64,000 nt of DNA, from IMG/VR virus record IMGVR_UViG_3300032116_000104, positions 1 to 64,000 of that record. The stretch is one strand, 5' to 3'. The translations under genes and the position numbers were made by a program. This stretch comes from a virus. Under the pieces are notes generated by a model, which saw nothing but the letters and a program-made list of their open reading frames with translations, was not told the DNA's origin and made no database searches. How positions within the stretch are numbered: the stretch's first letter is position 1; each line of letters begins with the position of its first letter. Positions 40,494 through 49,855 of the stretch are shown here, piece after piece.

Positions 40494-41801
40494 ATGTCAA
40501 CAGATTGGAACAAAGTTTTAGAGTATCTTCAGCCGAAGATGCCTGGGTTTTGTCCAGAACAGCCATCCATAACCCAGAAGGTATTTCTAAGAACCTATGC
40601 CATTGAGGCGCTGTTCGGGGGAGCGGCTGGTGGAGGCAAGTCATCCGCTCTTCTGATGTCAGCATTGCAGTATGTGGATATTCCTGGCTATTCAGCCATT
40701 CTTTTCCGCCGCACCTTCGCTGACTTGTCGCTCCCAGGAGCACTCATGGACCGCTTCAAGTCATGGATTGACAATTACGACGACGTTCATTGGAACGCCA
40801 ACTCCTATGTTGCGACTTTCCCATCTGGGGCCAGAATCTCCTTCGGATACCTGAACAACACGAACGACTACCTCCGATACAAGGGTTCTGAGTTCCAGTT
40901 CATCGGCATGGATGAGGTCACTGAAATTCGTGAATCTGACTATAGGTACCTGTTCTCCCGACTGCGTCGCCCTGCTACTGGACCACTTTCCAAGGTTCCC
41001 CTCCGAATGAGGGCCGCATCCAACCCAGCACCCAACTGGGTGAGACAAAGATTTATTGTTGAGGGCATTGATAATGGCAGAATTTTCGTGCCCTCCAAAC
41101 TGACCGACAACCCTGGAATTGATGCCACCTCGTACCGTCAAGCCCTTTCTGCCCTTGACCCTATTGAGAGAAGAAGGCTGGAGGAGGGCGACTGGTTTGC
41201 CACCACCCTAGGGACGCTCTTTGACAGAACATCGGCAATCATCATTGACCACTCAGAAATACCTCAGGTCCAGTCATCGGCTCGTGTTGTCCGTTTCTGG
41301 GACTTGGCGGCTACAGAGCCAAGTTATTCAAACCCCAATCCAGACTGGACTGTCGGTACATTGATGATGTTTGACCAAGGAATCGCCTACGTTTTGGATG
41401 TCAAGAAAGCCAGAGTGCGCGGCGAGAAGGTTGAGCAGTTGATTGCCCAAACCGCCTATGAGGACGGACATGCTGTCCCCATCAGAATGGAGCAAGAACC
41501 TGGTTCTTCTGGAAAAGCCCTAGTTGACCAATACGCAAGATATGTGCTTCCTGGATACGATTTTCAGGGCATTCGCTCTACTGGGGACAAGGTCACAAGG
41601 GCTAGACCATTTTCTGCCGCGTTTGCTAATGGCAATGTCAGGGTCGCAAGGGGGGCATGGCTGACTGATTGGCTTGATGAATTTTCGTCATTTCCTGAGG
41701 CCTGTGACCACGACGACCAAGTGGACTCCGCCGTAGGAGCATTCACATATTTGGCTGGACTTGGGTTGCCACAGAGACGAGCAATCAGTATCATCGTCTA
41801 G
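40494..41801 (+). CDS. terL: Terminase large subunit
   Basis: Walker A GGAAGGGKS, Walker B IGMDE, ASNP; nuclease motifs WDLA...PDWT and HDDQVD; GGAGG RBS. Confidence 0.95.
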   Translation: MSTDWNKVLEYLQPKMPGFCPEQPSITQKVFLRTYAIEALFGGAAGGGKSSALLMSALQYVDIPGYSAILFRRTFADLSLPGALMDRFKSWIDNYDDVHWNANSYVATFPSGARISFGYLNNTNDYLRYKGSEFQFIGMDEVTEIRESDYRYLFSRLRRPATGPLSKVPLRMRAASNPAPNWVRQRFIVEGIDNGRIFVPSKLTDNPGIDATSYRQALSALDPIERRRLEEGDWFATTLGTLFDRTSAIIIDHSEIPQVQSSARVVRFWDLAATEPSYSNPNPDWTVGTLMMFDQGIAYVLDVKKARVRGEKVEQLIAQTAYEDGHAVPIRMEQEPGSSGKALVDQYARYVLPGYDFQGIRSTGDKVTRARPFSAAFANGNVRVARGAWLTDWLDEFSSFPEACDHDDQVDSAVGAFTYLAGLGLPQRRAISIIV

Positions 41802-41826
41802 CAAACCCGACTTACTAGGAGAATAA

Positions 41827-42342
41827 GTGGTCCCAGACGACCTCAGAGTTGCCATTGGCGCACTCAGACAAACAATCCTTGACCTTGATGCCATGGTCTT
41901 GGAATATTCATATGCCGAGCCGACGATGGAGCATGCCTCTGAGGCACTTCTTCAACTCAATCTCGCAAAAAGGGACGTTGCCTCCGTCTACGACGGTCTT
42001 GCCGCCTTCGTGTCTCACTTGATGGAAAACTTGTCCACCAAAGACCTTGCGCTTTCCAATGGTGCCCAAATTGAGCGCAAAGTTGCTTTTGACAGAAAAG
42101 GCTGGCGTCACGCTGACCTTGCCAGGGATGTGGCGCACAGGCTTATTGAGTCTTCCGTGGATATGGACACTGGTGAGGTGTTGTTGACAAATGAAGAACT
42201 TGTCGCTAAACTCCTTGACTACGTTCAGCCCTCCTATTGGCGGGTTGGCGAACTAAATAAAATCGGCATCAACGCCGATAATTACTGCGAAACTGGCGAA
42301 GCAAAAGCCAGCCTTGTTGTTAGAAAAGGAGAAAACCAATGA
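41827..42342 (+). CDS. Hypothetical protein
   Basis: 171-aa ORF with AGGAG RBS and GTG start. Confidence 0.8.
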   Translation: MVPDDLRVAIGALRQTILDLDAMVLEYSYAEPTMEHASEALLQLNLAKRDVASVYDGLAAFVSHLMENLSTKDLALSNGAQIERKVAFDRKGWRHADLARDVAHRLIESSVDMDTGEVLLTNEELVAKLLDYVQPSYWRVGELNKIGINADNYCETGEAKASLVVRKGENQ

Positions 42343-43007
42343 GTGATATTTACAAGCAGTTTGCCGAACCCTTCCCCAAGGAAGTTGAGCGTCAACTCAA
42401 GAAAGGTGGGGCGTACCTCACCTACATTCCCGTCAGCGAGGTCATCACCAGACTCAACAAGGTTGTTGGCGTTGGTCGCTGGAACTTCCAAATCAACAAG
42501 TGCGAGCGTGACGCTCTTGACCCTGATTTCATCGTCGCCCATGTGACCCTTGAGGCAATCATTGAGAATCCCGCTGGTCAGAACGTCCTCGTCAAGCGAG
42601 ACGGTATCGGTGGGCAGAAAATCAAGCGCACTAAGCAGGACGACATTGTTGACCTCGGTGACGAGATGAAGGGCGCCGTGTCCGACGCACTCAAGAAAGC
42701 AGCACAGACTCTTGGCATTGGCCTCTACCTCGCTCGCACCGAAGAGGCGATGGAATACGATGTGGTTGAGGAGGCTCCTCAGGTTGCTCCGAAGATTTCC
42801 CAGTTGTGGGAACAGTTTGTTTCCCTCAGCAAGTCTCTCAGCGCAGACCAGCGCAATGAGTTGAACTCTTTCTGGACCAACTGGTCTGGTGGTGCCCCCA
42901 AGCCCACGAAGACCACGGCAACGGAAGAACAACTTGATGCTCTCATCACACAGTGCGTCGCTCTTTCGCTAAACGCCACTGTTGTGGATGAAGATGCCGA
43001 TTCATAA
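42339..43007 (+). CDS. Rad52/Sak-like ssDNA-annealing protein
   Basis: LTYI....V..RLNKVVG...W.F......K.AVSDALKKAA..LGIGLYL. Confidence 0.88.
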   Translation: MSDIYKQFAEPFPKEVERQLKKGGAYLTYIPVSEVITRLNKVVGVGRWNFQINKCERDALDPDFIVAHVTLEAIIENPAGQNVLVKRDGIGGQKIKRTKQDDIVDLGDEMKGAVSDALKKAAQTLGIGLYLARTEEAMEYDVVEEAPQVAPKISQLWEQFVSLSKSLSADQRNELNSFWTNWSGGAPKPTKTTATEEQLDALITQCVALSLNATVVDEDADS

Positions 43008-43758
43008 TCCGCCTCCTCATCTCTCTGCATCATCCATAGGCACTTTCAACCAGTGTCCGCTGAAATTCAAGTTCAGCAAAATTGATGGGATAACTGACGA
43101 CCCAACAGAGGCAACCCTGATGGGAAACTTCGTCCATGACATCATGGAGGAGTTCTATCGTCACGACCCAGAACTGAGGGATATTGCCCTTGCTCGCACT
43201 CTTGCTTCCAAGATTTGGGAAGAAAAGTGGCGAGATGAGGTAACCCCATGGGTGAAGGGCGACAAGCAACTGCACATGTTCCGATGGAACTCGTGGTGGT
43301 GCGTGGAGAACCTGTGGAAACTTGAAGACCCCATGAGTATCTCACCGACTGGACTTGAGCGAGAAGTGAATGGTCTGGTTGGCGGAGTAAAAATCAAGGG
43401 GTTCATAGACAGGTTTGTCGTCAATAATGGGAAGATAACCATCTCCGACTACAAGACTGGCAAGGTGCCCAAGCCTCAGTATGCAGGCGAGAAGTTCTTC
43501 CAGTTGAACCTGTATGCCCATCTCTTGCGCTCGGAAGGCGTTGGTGAACCCGAAGAAGTTGAACTCCTGTTCCTGAAAGAGGGCAAGCGGCTTAGGGACA
43601 AGGTCACCGAAAAAAGCCTCACCAGTGCCGAGCAACTTGTTGTGTCAACAAAAGAACAGATTGACGTTTGCTGTGAAACTGGCGAGTTTGAGCCAATAAA
43701 GTCAATTCTGTGTAACTGGTGCTCTTATCAATCAATCTGTCCAGCGTGGAGAAAGTGA
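42994..43758 (+). CDS. RecB-family PD-(D/E)xK exonuclease with Fe-S-type Cys
   Basis: LS.SS...F.QCP, G..VH, GFIDR...DYKTG, QL.LY, C..C.Y...CP. Confidence 0.88.
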   Translation: MPIHNPPPHLSASSIGTFNQCPLKFKFSKIDGITDDPTEATLMGNFVHDIMEEFYRHDPELRDIALARTLASKIWEEKWRDEVTPWVKGDKQLHMFRWNSWWCVENLWKLEDPMSISPTGLEREVNGLVGGVKIKGFIDRFVVNNGKITISDYKTGKVPKPQYAGEKFFQLNLYAHLLRSEGVGEPEEVELLFLKEGKRLRDKVTEKSLTSAEQLVVSTKEQIDVCCETGEFEPIKSILCNWCSYQSICPAWRK

Positions 43759-44264
43759 TGATTACCGACGACGTTTTTGCTCGGATGGTCGCAGAAGAGG
43801 TGAAAAATCGCCTCTCGCCCAACCAAAAAATAATCCTGATGGAGCCAGAAAACTGGGGCAGGTGGAAGACCGCCCTTACCTATTTGGTAGAAAACCTGGA
43901 AGAGCAGATTGACAACATCAAGGCCGACGCAATCAACGATGCCGAGCGTTATCAGAAAATGGGCCATCACGGCAAGAAGTTGCTTGTTGAGTCAGAAAAG
44001 GCTTACAAACTCAAAATCACCAAGGTGGAGCGCTTTCTATTTCATGTCCAGCGTCGTCTTGATGATGTCGTTTCAATGATTGAGACTGGCGAAGTGGCCA
44101 AGTCAGACGGCTGGCAGGAAGTCTCGTTTCTCAAGAGGGCAATAACAAAACACCGCGCCATGCTTAGGGACTACGACCTTGAGGAAACGGCTATTGATAG
44201 GTCTCTCTGGGATGCCCTTGACAACAGGTGGACTTTTGACGACATTGACCCTGGGAGCATCTAA
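43755..44264 (+). CDS. Hypothetical coiled-coil protein
   Basis: GTGA-coupled ORF. Confidence 0.75.
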   Translation: MMITDDVFARMVAEEVKNRLSPNQKIILMEPENWGRWKTALTYLVENLEEQIDNIKADAINDAERYQKMGHHGKKLLVESEKAYKLKITKVERFLFHVQRRLDDVVSMIETGEVAKSDGWQEVSFLKRAITKHRAMLRDYDLEETAIDRSLWDALDNRWTFDDIDPGSI

Positions 44265-44265
44265 A

Positions 44266-44565
44266 TTGCGCCACAGGTCAAAGAAGAAGGAAGCGGAGTA
44301 CAGGCTACGCCGACCGCTGGTTGAGAGGCTTCTCAGCGAAAACCCAATGTGCCAAGCCTGTCCAGTGTTCGCTGAACATGATGGTGTGGCCACCTACACG
44401 CGCAAGCGTTCAGTAGATGTTCACGAGATAGTGAGACGCTCTCAGGGTGGCTCTATCCTTGATGAGAACAATCTCATGTGCGTCTGTCGTGACTGCCATA
44501 GGCGGATTGGAAACTATCCGCAACTGGCTTTTGAACTAGGCCTAGCGAAGCATAACTGGCAATAA
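44266..44565 (+). CDS. HNH endonuclease
   Basis: CQAC...DVHE...RSQGG....NNL..VC..CH; TTG start inferred. Confidence 0.8.
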   Translation: MRHRSKKKEAEYRLRRPLVERLLSENPMCQACPVFAEHDGVATYTRKRSVDVHEIVRRSQGGSILDENNLMCVCRDCHRRIGNYPQLAFELGLAKHNWQ

Positions 44566-44575
44566 TTTGGGCAAC

Positions 44576-44601
44576 AAAAAAGCGCCCCCGAAGGGACGCT
44601 T
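44576..44601 (-). terminator. Intrinsic terminator between convergent genes
   Basis: AAGCGTCCC-TTCG-GGGGCGCTTTTTT on the minus strand. Confidence 0.85.
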
Positions 44602-44622
44602 CTCTGCAGTTTTGAAAACTGA

Positions 44623-44973
44623 TTACTTGTTGTAGACGGTGAAGGCGCACACGATGTTGGCACCAGCAGTGCCCGAGCCGATACCCGAGATGTCCAGGGT
44701 CACGATGTCGCCAGCGGCGAAATCGCAGTTGGCAGCAGTGAGGGTGCCGTCATCAGATGTGCCAGCAGCCGCGATTGAGAAGGCGGCAGCAACATCCGAA
44801 CCAACCTTGAGGTCGGCGGTGAGGGCGGAACCTACTGGGGCGGTGGTAACTGCTACCGTGGCCGACGTGATAACGCCAGCGAAAGGCATACGAACCTTGA
44901 CCTCGCTCGTGGTTGCCAGGGTGCCTGGAATACCAAGCGTCATGGTAATTGGGGCTGAAATTCCTGTTGACAT
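44623..44973 (-). CDS. Small beta-rich protein, probable virion/capsid decoration protein
   Basis: Ala/Thr/Gly/Val-rich 116 aa; GGAG RBS; own terminator. Confidence 0.6.
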   Translation of the reverse strand: MSTGISAPITMTLGIPGTLATTSEVKVRMPFAGVITSATVAVTTAPVGSALTADLKVGSDVAAAFSIAAAGTSDDGTLTAANCDFAAGDIVTLDISGIGSGTAGANIVCAFTVYNK

Positions 44974-45059
44974 TAATGTTCTCCATTTGACTCAGGGGGA
45001 CGCATTCAATATACCATCTCAACCTTGTGCCGATTGTTAAGTAAGATGATTTTTACATT

Positions 45060-45605
45060 ATGAGCAACATCAACATCATCGCCCTGGACCTATCCCTGAC
45101 CTCAAGTGGGGTTAGTTTCGGTTCACAACTCAACCTCATTACGACCAACAAACGTGGTGCAGAAAGACTGTTTCATATCTCCTCAGAGATTATGAAACTT
45201 GTTGTTGCCCAAAACATCACCCACGCTGTTATTGAGGGCTACTCATTTGCCTCTCGCAATAGTCAAGCCCACAGTATTGGGGAACTTGGTGGTTGCGTCA
45301 GAATGAGGCTCTGGGAAAACGGCATCCCATATGTGGAGGTACCGCCAACATCAAGGGCAAAGTTTGCAACTGGCAAGGGGAACGCCTCTAAGGGAGAAGT
45401 TATTTCTGCCATATCTGCCAAAACTGGAATTGTCTTTGCTGGCTCTGGGGGGAACGACATGTGCGATGCATGGGTTCTGATGGAAATGGCCCAAGCCAGG
45501 CTCGGACTGTCCGAATGGTCATGGTCAAAAACCCAACTGGAAGCACTGGACAAAGTTGACTGGTCCCCGCTAGAATCGGGGACCACTACAACAAACGGAG
45601 AATAA
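45060..45605 (+). CDS. ruvC: RuvC-like Holliday junction resolvase
   Basis: IALDLSLT.SG, VIEGY, K.ATGKGNA.K, D..DA. Confidence 0.88.
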   Translation: MSNINIIALDLSLTSSGVSFGSQLNLITTNKRGAERLFHISSEIMKLVVAQNITHAVIEGYSFASRNSQAHSIGELGGCVRMRLWENGIPYVEVPPTSRAKFATGKGNASKGEVISAISAKTGIVFAGSGGNDMCDAWVLMEMAQARLGLSEWSWSKTQLEALDKVDWSPLESGTTTTNGE

Positions 45606-45606
45606 A

Positions 45607-45954
45607 TTGATTTCCAGGAATGCTCCAATTAGTCAAGTTGACATTGAGCACGAATTGCTCCGACTGATTGACGAACTTGAGGAAGAGACTGAGGCTTTTG
45701 AGAAGTTGGCTGAAGATGCCTCCAAGAAAGAGTCTCTCTACAAGTCCAACTGGGCAAAGGAGTACCTGTCAGCCAAGGGTTCAATCAAAGAGCGCGAGGC
45801 ATGGGCCGACTACAAGATGGCTGACGAGAACTTTGACTACAAAATTTCAGAAGCACTTGTCAAGGCAAAACGCGAGAAACTGCTTTCTCTGCGAACTGCC
45901 ATTGATGCCATGCGAACACTGAACGCCAATGTGAGAGTACAGGTGAATAATTGA
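45607..45954 (+). CDS. Hypothetical coiled-coil protein
   Basis: 115-aa ORF with GGAG RBS and TTG start. Confidence 0.75.
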   Translation: MISRNAPISQVDIEHELLRLIDELEEETEAFEKLAEDASKKESLYKSNWAKEYLSAKGSIKEREAWADYKMADENFDYKISEALVKAKREKLLSLRTAIDAMRTLNANVRVQVNN

Positions 45955-46754
45955 AACACAATGTTGCGCAGGCACTTGAGGGATTGCTGGTTCCAATTGA
46001 AACCCTTATCCCACTTGAGAACAATCCTCGTCGTGGCGACATAGGCGCGATTATGGCCTCCTATGCAGAGTTTGGTCAGGTGAAGCCGATTGTCGTGCGC
46101 CCCAATGAAGACGGCACATCAACTGTTATTGCTGGTAACCACCAACTAGAGGCAGCCAGGCGTCTTGGGTGGAGCCACATTGCCGCCGTCGGCTATGAAG
46201 TGGACGACAGCAGGGCTATTGCTTTTGCTCTTGCTGACAACCGCACGATGGAACTTGGACACACTGAGGCATCAGCACTCAATGAGATGTTGGTTGAGGT
46301 GGCGGATATTTATCCAGAGTTGTTTGAAGGTCTTGGCTGGGATGAATTTGAAATTGCCGAGATGGAAGAGCAGGTTGAGCGAAAGACCTGGAACGACGAG
46401 CAGACATCGTCCTACACGACCCCAGTGATTCAACCCATCATCAATGCTGCCGCAGAAATGGCTGGTAGGGCAATATCCGCCCTGGTTAGCGAAGATGAGG
46501 ATGGTGAACTGCGCATCAATGCCCCTAAGGATGCTGACCATCGGGAAATCGCCACACAGGGCAGCACTGTCACTCAGGGCGGTGCGGCAACTGCTCCACA
46601 GGCGGTTGTTCAATACACAATCGTGTTTGACAACCCTCAACAGCAGCGTCGTTGGTATGAATTCATCAAGTGGCTTCGTAACGACCCAGCGGTTGCTGGG
46701 AACACGGTTGCGGAGAAATTGATTGACTTCATTGACCAACACATAGAGGTCTAG
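45951..46754 (+). CDS. ParB/Srx-like N-terminal domain protein
   Basis: NNPR.GD...I..S...FGQ..PIVV......VIAGNH..EAA..LG...ADNR. Confidence 0.88.
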   Translation: MKHNVAQALEGLLVPIETLIPLENNPRRGDIGAIMASYAEFGQVKPIVVRPNEDGTSTVIAGNHQLEAARRLGWSHIAAVGYEVDDSRAIAFALADNRTMELGHTEASALNEMLVEVADIYPELFEGLGWDEFEIAEMEEQVERKTWNDEQTSSYTTPVIQPIINAAAEMAGRAISALVSEDEDGELRINAPKDADHREIATQGSTVTQGGAATAPQAVVQYTIVFDNPQQQRRWYEFIKWLRNDPAVAGNTVAEKLIDFIDQHIEV

Positions 46755-46756
46755 TA

Positions 46757-47911
46757 ATGACGCGACAGCGGATGTTTCTTGACATAGATGTGGTTGAGGC
46801 CGCGAGACAGAGGATTAGACATGTCTATGATACTTTTGATACTGTTTGCGTTCAGTTTTCTGGAGGAAAAGACAGCACAGCGGTTCTTTACCTTGCTAAA
46901 GAAATTCATGAGGAGAGGGGACTCGGACCTGTAAAGGTCATCTTCCGTGACGAAGAGATGGTCAGCCCGCTTGTTGCCAACTACGCGATGAAGATTCGCG
47001 AATACGACTGGGTTGACATGGAGTGGTACTGCCTAACATCTGGCAGCGAGGTGTGGACTCTTGGCACTAGAGACCCAGTTGTGCTCTGGGGTCATGAGAG
47101 GCGAGATACTGGTCGTTGGGTGCGTCCAATGCCACCTTTCGCAATCACTCCAGCGCACTTCGGAATCCCAGATGGGCAAGCCCTGACGGAAGCAATTGAT
47201 TACTACACAATGCAGGGCAAAAAGGGCAAAGTGGCCTTCATTACTGGCGTTAGGGCTGCTGAGTCAATGGTTCGCTATCGCTCTTGTGTGCAAAAATTGC
47301 ACGAAAACTACATAGTTACCCCATACAGGCTCAAAAAGTCAATTCCGTTGAAATTTGCCAAAATTATCTACGACTGGCAAATTGACGATGTATTCAAATT
47401 CATCACGGAAGAGCACAATGCCGAATATTGCGAGTATTACGACCTTGCGGCACTTACTGGCTCAAACACCAGAGTTGGCATTCCGCTCCACTCGGTCGCT
47501 ATTCGCCGTATTGGTGACCTGATTGCTACCGAGCCAGAATTCTATGACAGGCTCGTGGAGATTTGGCCCAATATTGATGCCCAGAGGCGTTGGTGGCCAG
47601 AATTTGACATTGAGAAACTCATTGAGTACTACGCTAGCCAAGGCATTGACGGAGCGAAGGAGTGCATAGAGACGCACTACTTGTCTGAGGATGATAAGCG
47701 ACGGGCAAAGGCATATGTAGCCGACTTTAGACGCAAGCACGCCGCCGACCCTTATTCGTACCCCATGAACTGGCTCATCAGGAACATTTTGCATAACGAA
47801 ATCTCCGTACATGCCGCCGCCCCAGTTGGGCCGAAGACAAAGGCACATACACTCAGAGTGAAGGCTGCACAAAAAGCCGCAGAAGAGGAAATAAATGAAT
47901 ATGAAGATTGA
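46757..47911 (+). CDS. PAPS-reductase-family (IbrA-like) adenine nucleotide alpha-hydrolase
   Basis: FSGGKDS PP-loop, F.DEE, G.RA.ES..R, IYDW..DDV. Confidence 0.88.
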   Translation: MTRQRMFLDIDVVEAARQRIRHVYDTFDTVCVQFSGGKDSTAVLYLAKEIHEERGLGPVKVIFRDEEMVSPLVANYAMKIREYDWVDMEWYCLTSGSEVWTLGTRDPVVLWGHERRDTGRWVRPMPPFAITPAHFGIPDGQALTEAIDYYTMQGKKGKVAFITGVRAAESMVRYRSCVQKLHENYIVTPYRLKKSIPLKFAKIIYDWQIDDVFKFITEEHNAEYCEYYDLAALTGSNTRVGIPLHSVAIRRIGDLIATEPEFYDRLVEIWPNIDAQRRWWPEFDIEKLIEYYASQGIDGAKECIETHYLSEDDKRRAKAYVADFRRKHAADPYSYPMNWLIRNILHNEISVHAAAPVGPKTKAHTLRVKAAQKAAEEEINEYED

Positions 47912-48452
47912 TTACATCAATGTTGATGAACTGGTTATTGCGCCATACAAGTCAACCTATATTCTCAGGCCAGACCTGTTGACTCTTTCTTCTTCCTTGA
48001 TGGACCTCGGTTTCATCGCGCCAGTCACAGTCCATGCCTCCACGATGGAAGTTATTGACGGCAATGAGCGCGTACTCCTCGCAAAGAATGTCAAGAATAT
48101 TAGAGAAAAGTGCGATGGGCTGGTTCCTTGCGTCCTGATTGATTGTGGAAAGTACGACGCCATGCTCATGCATCTTCGCCTCAATCGCGGGCGAGGCGCT
48201 CTCGTTGCCAAGCCCATGTCTGCGATTGTGCGTAAACTTGTTGCATCAGGTCACAGCGACAGACCATCGCTGGATAGGACTCTTTGCATGAAAAAGATGG
48301 AATTTGACCTAATGATGGACAACACCATCATCAAGCAACGCAAAACCTCGGAACACAAGTATTCGCGCGCATGGGTGCCAGTTGAGGCTCCGCCTGGAGC
48401 GGTAGAGAAGGGTGGCATCTCCATTGAAACGCCACCAAACCCAGACAGATAA
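47895..48452 (+). CDS. ParB-like (IbrB-like) protein
   Basis: L..SL...GF..P.......IDG.ER...RLNR.RG. Confidence 0.8.
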   Translation: MNMKIDYINVDELVIAPYKSTYILRPDLLTLSSSLMDLGFIAPVTVHASTMEVIDGNERVLLAKNVKNIREKCDGLVPCVLIDCGKYDAMLMHLRLNRGRGALVAKPMSAIVRKLVASGHSDRPSLDRTLCMKKMEFDLMMDNTIIKQRKTSEHKYSRAWVPVEAPPGAVEKGGISIETPPNPDR

Positions 48453-48489
48453 ATGCTACACTTGCCGTAAACAACCCTAAGGAGTGTTT

Positions 48490-48669
48490 ATGCCAGGAGC
48501 AAGACTTACAGCGAGAGAGCGTACTGCCCGTTCATTGGGCCTGCTGCGTCGCCTTGGCCGCTCAGTCACGCAGAATGTCCGTCGTCGCGTCGGTGGTGGT
48601 GAGGTTGAGGCGGAGCGTCCAGTAGACGTAATCCGCGAGGGCGCCCGCAGACTTCGCCGTCGTCGCTGA
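48490..48669 (+). CDS. Small Arg-rich basic protein
   Basis: 59 aa, about 30% Arg; AAGGAG RBS. Confidence 0.7.
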   Translation: MPGARLTARERTARSLGLLRRLGRSVTQNVRRRVGGGEVEAERPVDVIREGARRLRRRR

Positions 48670-48707
48670 ATCTACGTGTCTATTCGGACACGTTTTCATA
48701 GGAGAAG

Positions 48708-49361
48708 ATGATGCTTGTTTCAGTGTCTGAATTAGTCACGTACATGGACATCTCTTTCTCGCTGCGCCAGCAAGATGCGGCAGAAATCGTTCTTGAAGGA
48801 CTGCAGAGCGAACTTGAGGCTTACCTGAATAGACCCATTGAGTTACAAGAGTTTACGGAGACCTATGTTGTTCCTGGGGTCAACGACCCGATGCCGATGA
48901 CATCGTTCTTCTACAACACCAGCACCGAGAGTTCTTTTTACACATATCCAGGCAATACAGCAAACTCAATCGTCAACTACTCAATGCCTCCAGAAACCAT
49001 CTATTTGAGAAACAGTCCTGTAGTTGAGGTTGAGGAAGTCAAACTTACCCCATTTAACGGGGTAGAGAGAACTTTGGAGACAACCGAGTACATCGTCAGA
49101 AGATTTGGCATTGACATTGCTAATCTCATTGGAAACGACACGGTAGAGGTCACGTACACCGCTGGTCTTGATGGAACGCAAATTCCTATGTTCAGAAGTC
49201 TTATTCTCAGAGCAGCAACCCGTGAGATGCAAAACATGCATGATGACGTTGTGGGTGTCAAAGACCTAAATACAAGAAATGTCGCTCCATTGGAGACTGG
49301 GTTTTCCGAGCGCGAACTCATGTCGGTCAGGAAATACAGAAGACGCAAGGTCGTTGGCTGA
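48708..49361 (+). CDS. Head-tail adaptor (neck) protein
   Basis: LVS..EL..Y....A...L....LE.YL.R, V.YTAG....P; first gene of the tail operon. Confidence 0.75.
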   Translation: MMLVSVSELVTYMDISFSLRQQDAAEIVLEGLQSELEAYLNRPIELQEFTETYVVPGVNDPMPMTSFFYNTSTESSFYTYPGNTANSIVNYSMPPETIYLRNSPVVEVEEVKLTPFNGVERTLETTEYIVRRFGIDIANLIGNDTVEVTYTAGLDGTQIPMFRSLILRAATREMQNMHDDVVGVKDLNTRNVAPLETGFSERELMSVRKYRRRKVVG

Positions 49362-49855
49362 TGGCTAGAAACAATAGAGATGTCTACGTCATAATGATTG
49401 GCGAAGATGATGTCTACGACCTGATGGACGACATGCAGGAAAGAGCCAAAAATCTCAAGCCAGTTTTCAATTGGGCTAAGAGAAAACTTGAACTCGCTAA
49501 CGCCGAGAACTTCGCCCAGGCTGGCCTACCGTCTGGCGGATGGAAGCCATTGTCCCCACGCTATGGGGCATGGAAATCAAGAAACTTTCCTGGGGCACCC
49601 ATTCTTTTTAGAAGCGGCAAACTGTTCAGGTCGGTCACTTCTTTTGCAGCAGCAGACACTACAATAAATGACACAAGTGCTTCATTTAGCACTTCGGTTG
49701 AGTTCGCCAAATTTCATCAGTACGGCACCTCTCGTATGCCAGCGAGAAAAGTCATTTTTGAGCCACCTAGATTCGCCAGAGAACTGGGAGAAGAGGTCGC
49801 TCAGTATGTCGTTGGTGGCGAGAAGGAAATCGGCGCACTGGGTGGTGGCTCATGA
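49361..49855 (+). CDS. Virion morphogenesis (Mu gpG/P2 S-like) protein
   Basis: WKPLSP....L..SGKL..S....A..HQYGT.RMPAR. Confidence 0.82.
   Translation: MARNNRDVYVIMIGEDDVYDLMDDMQERAKNLKPVFNWAKRKLELANAENFAQAGLPSGGWKPLSPRYGAWKSRNFPGAPILFRSGKLFRSVTSFAAADTTINDTSASFSTSVEFAKFHQYGTSRMPARKVIFEPPRFARELGEEVAQYVVGGEKEIGALGGGS

Noticed and set aside
42994-43758. CRISPR-associated Cas4
   Set aside because: No array or cas operon. Its position next to a Sak-like annealase fits a phage recombination exonuclease.
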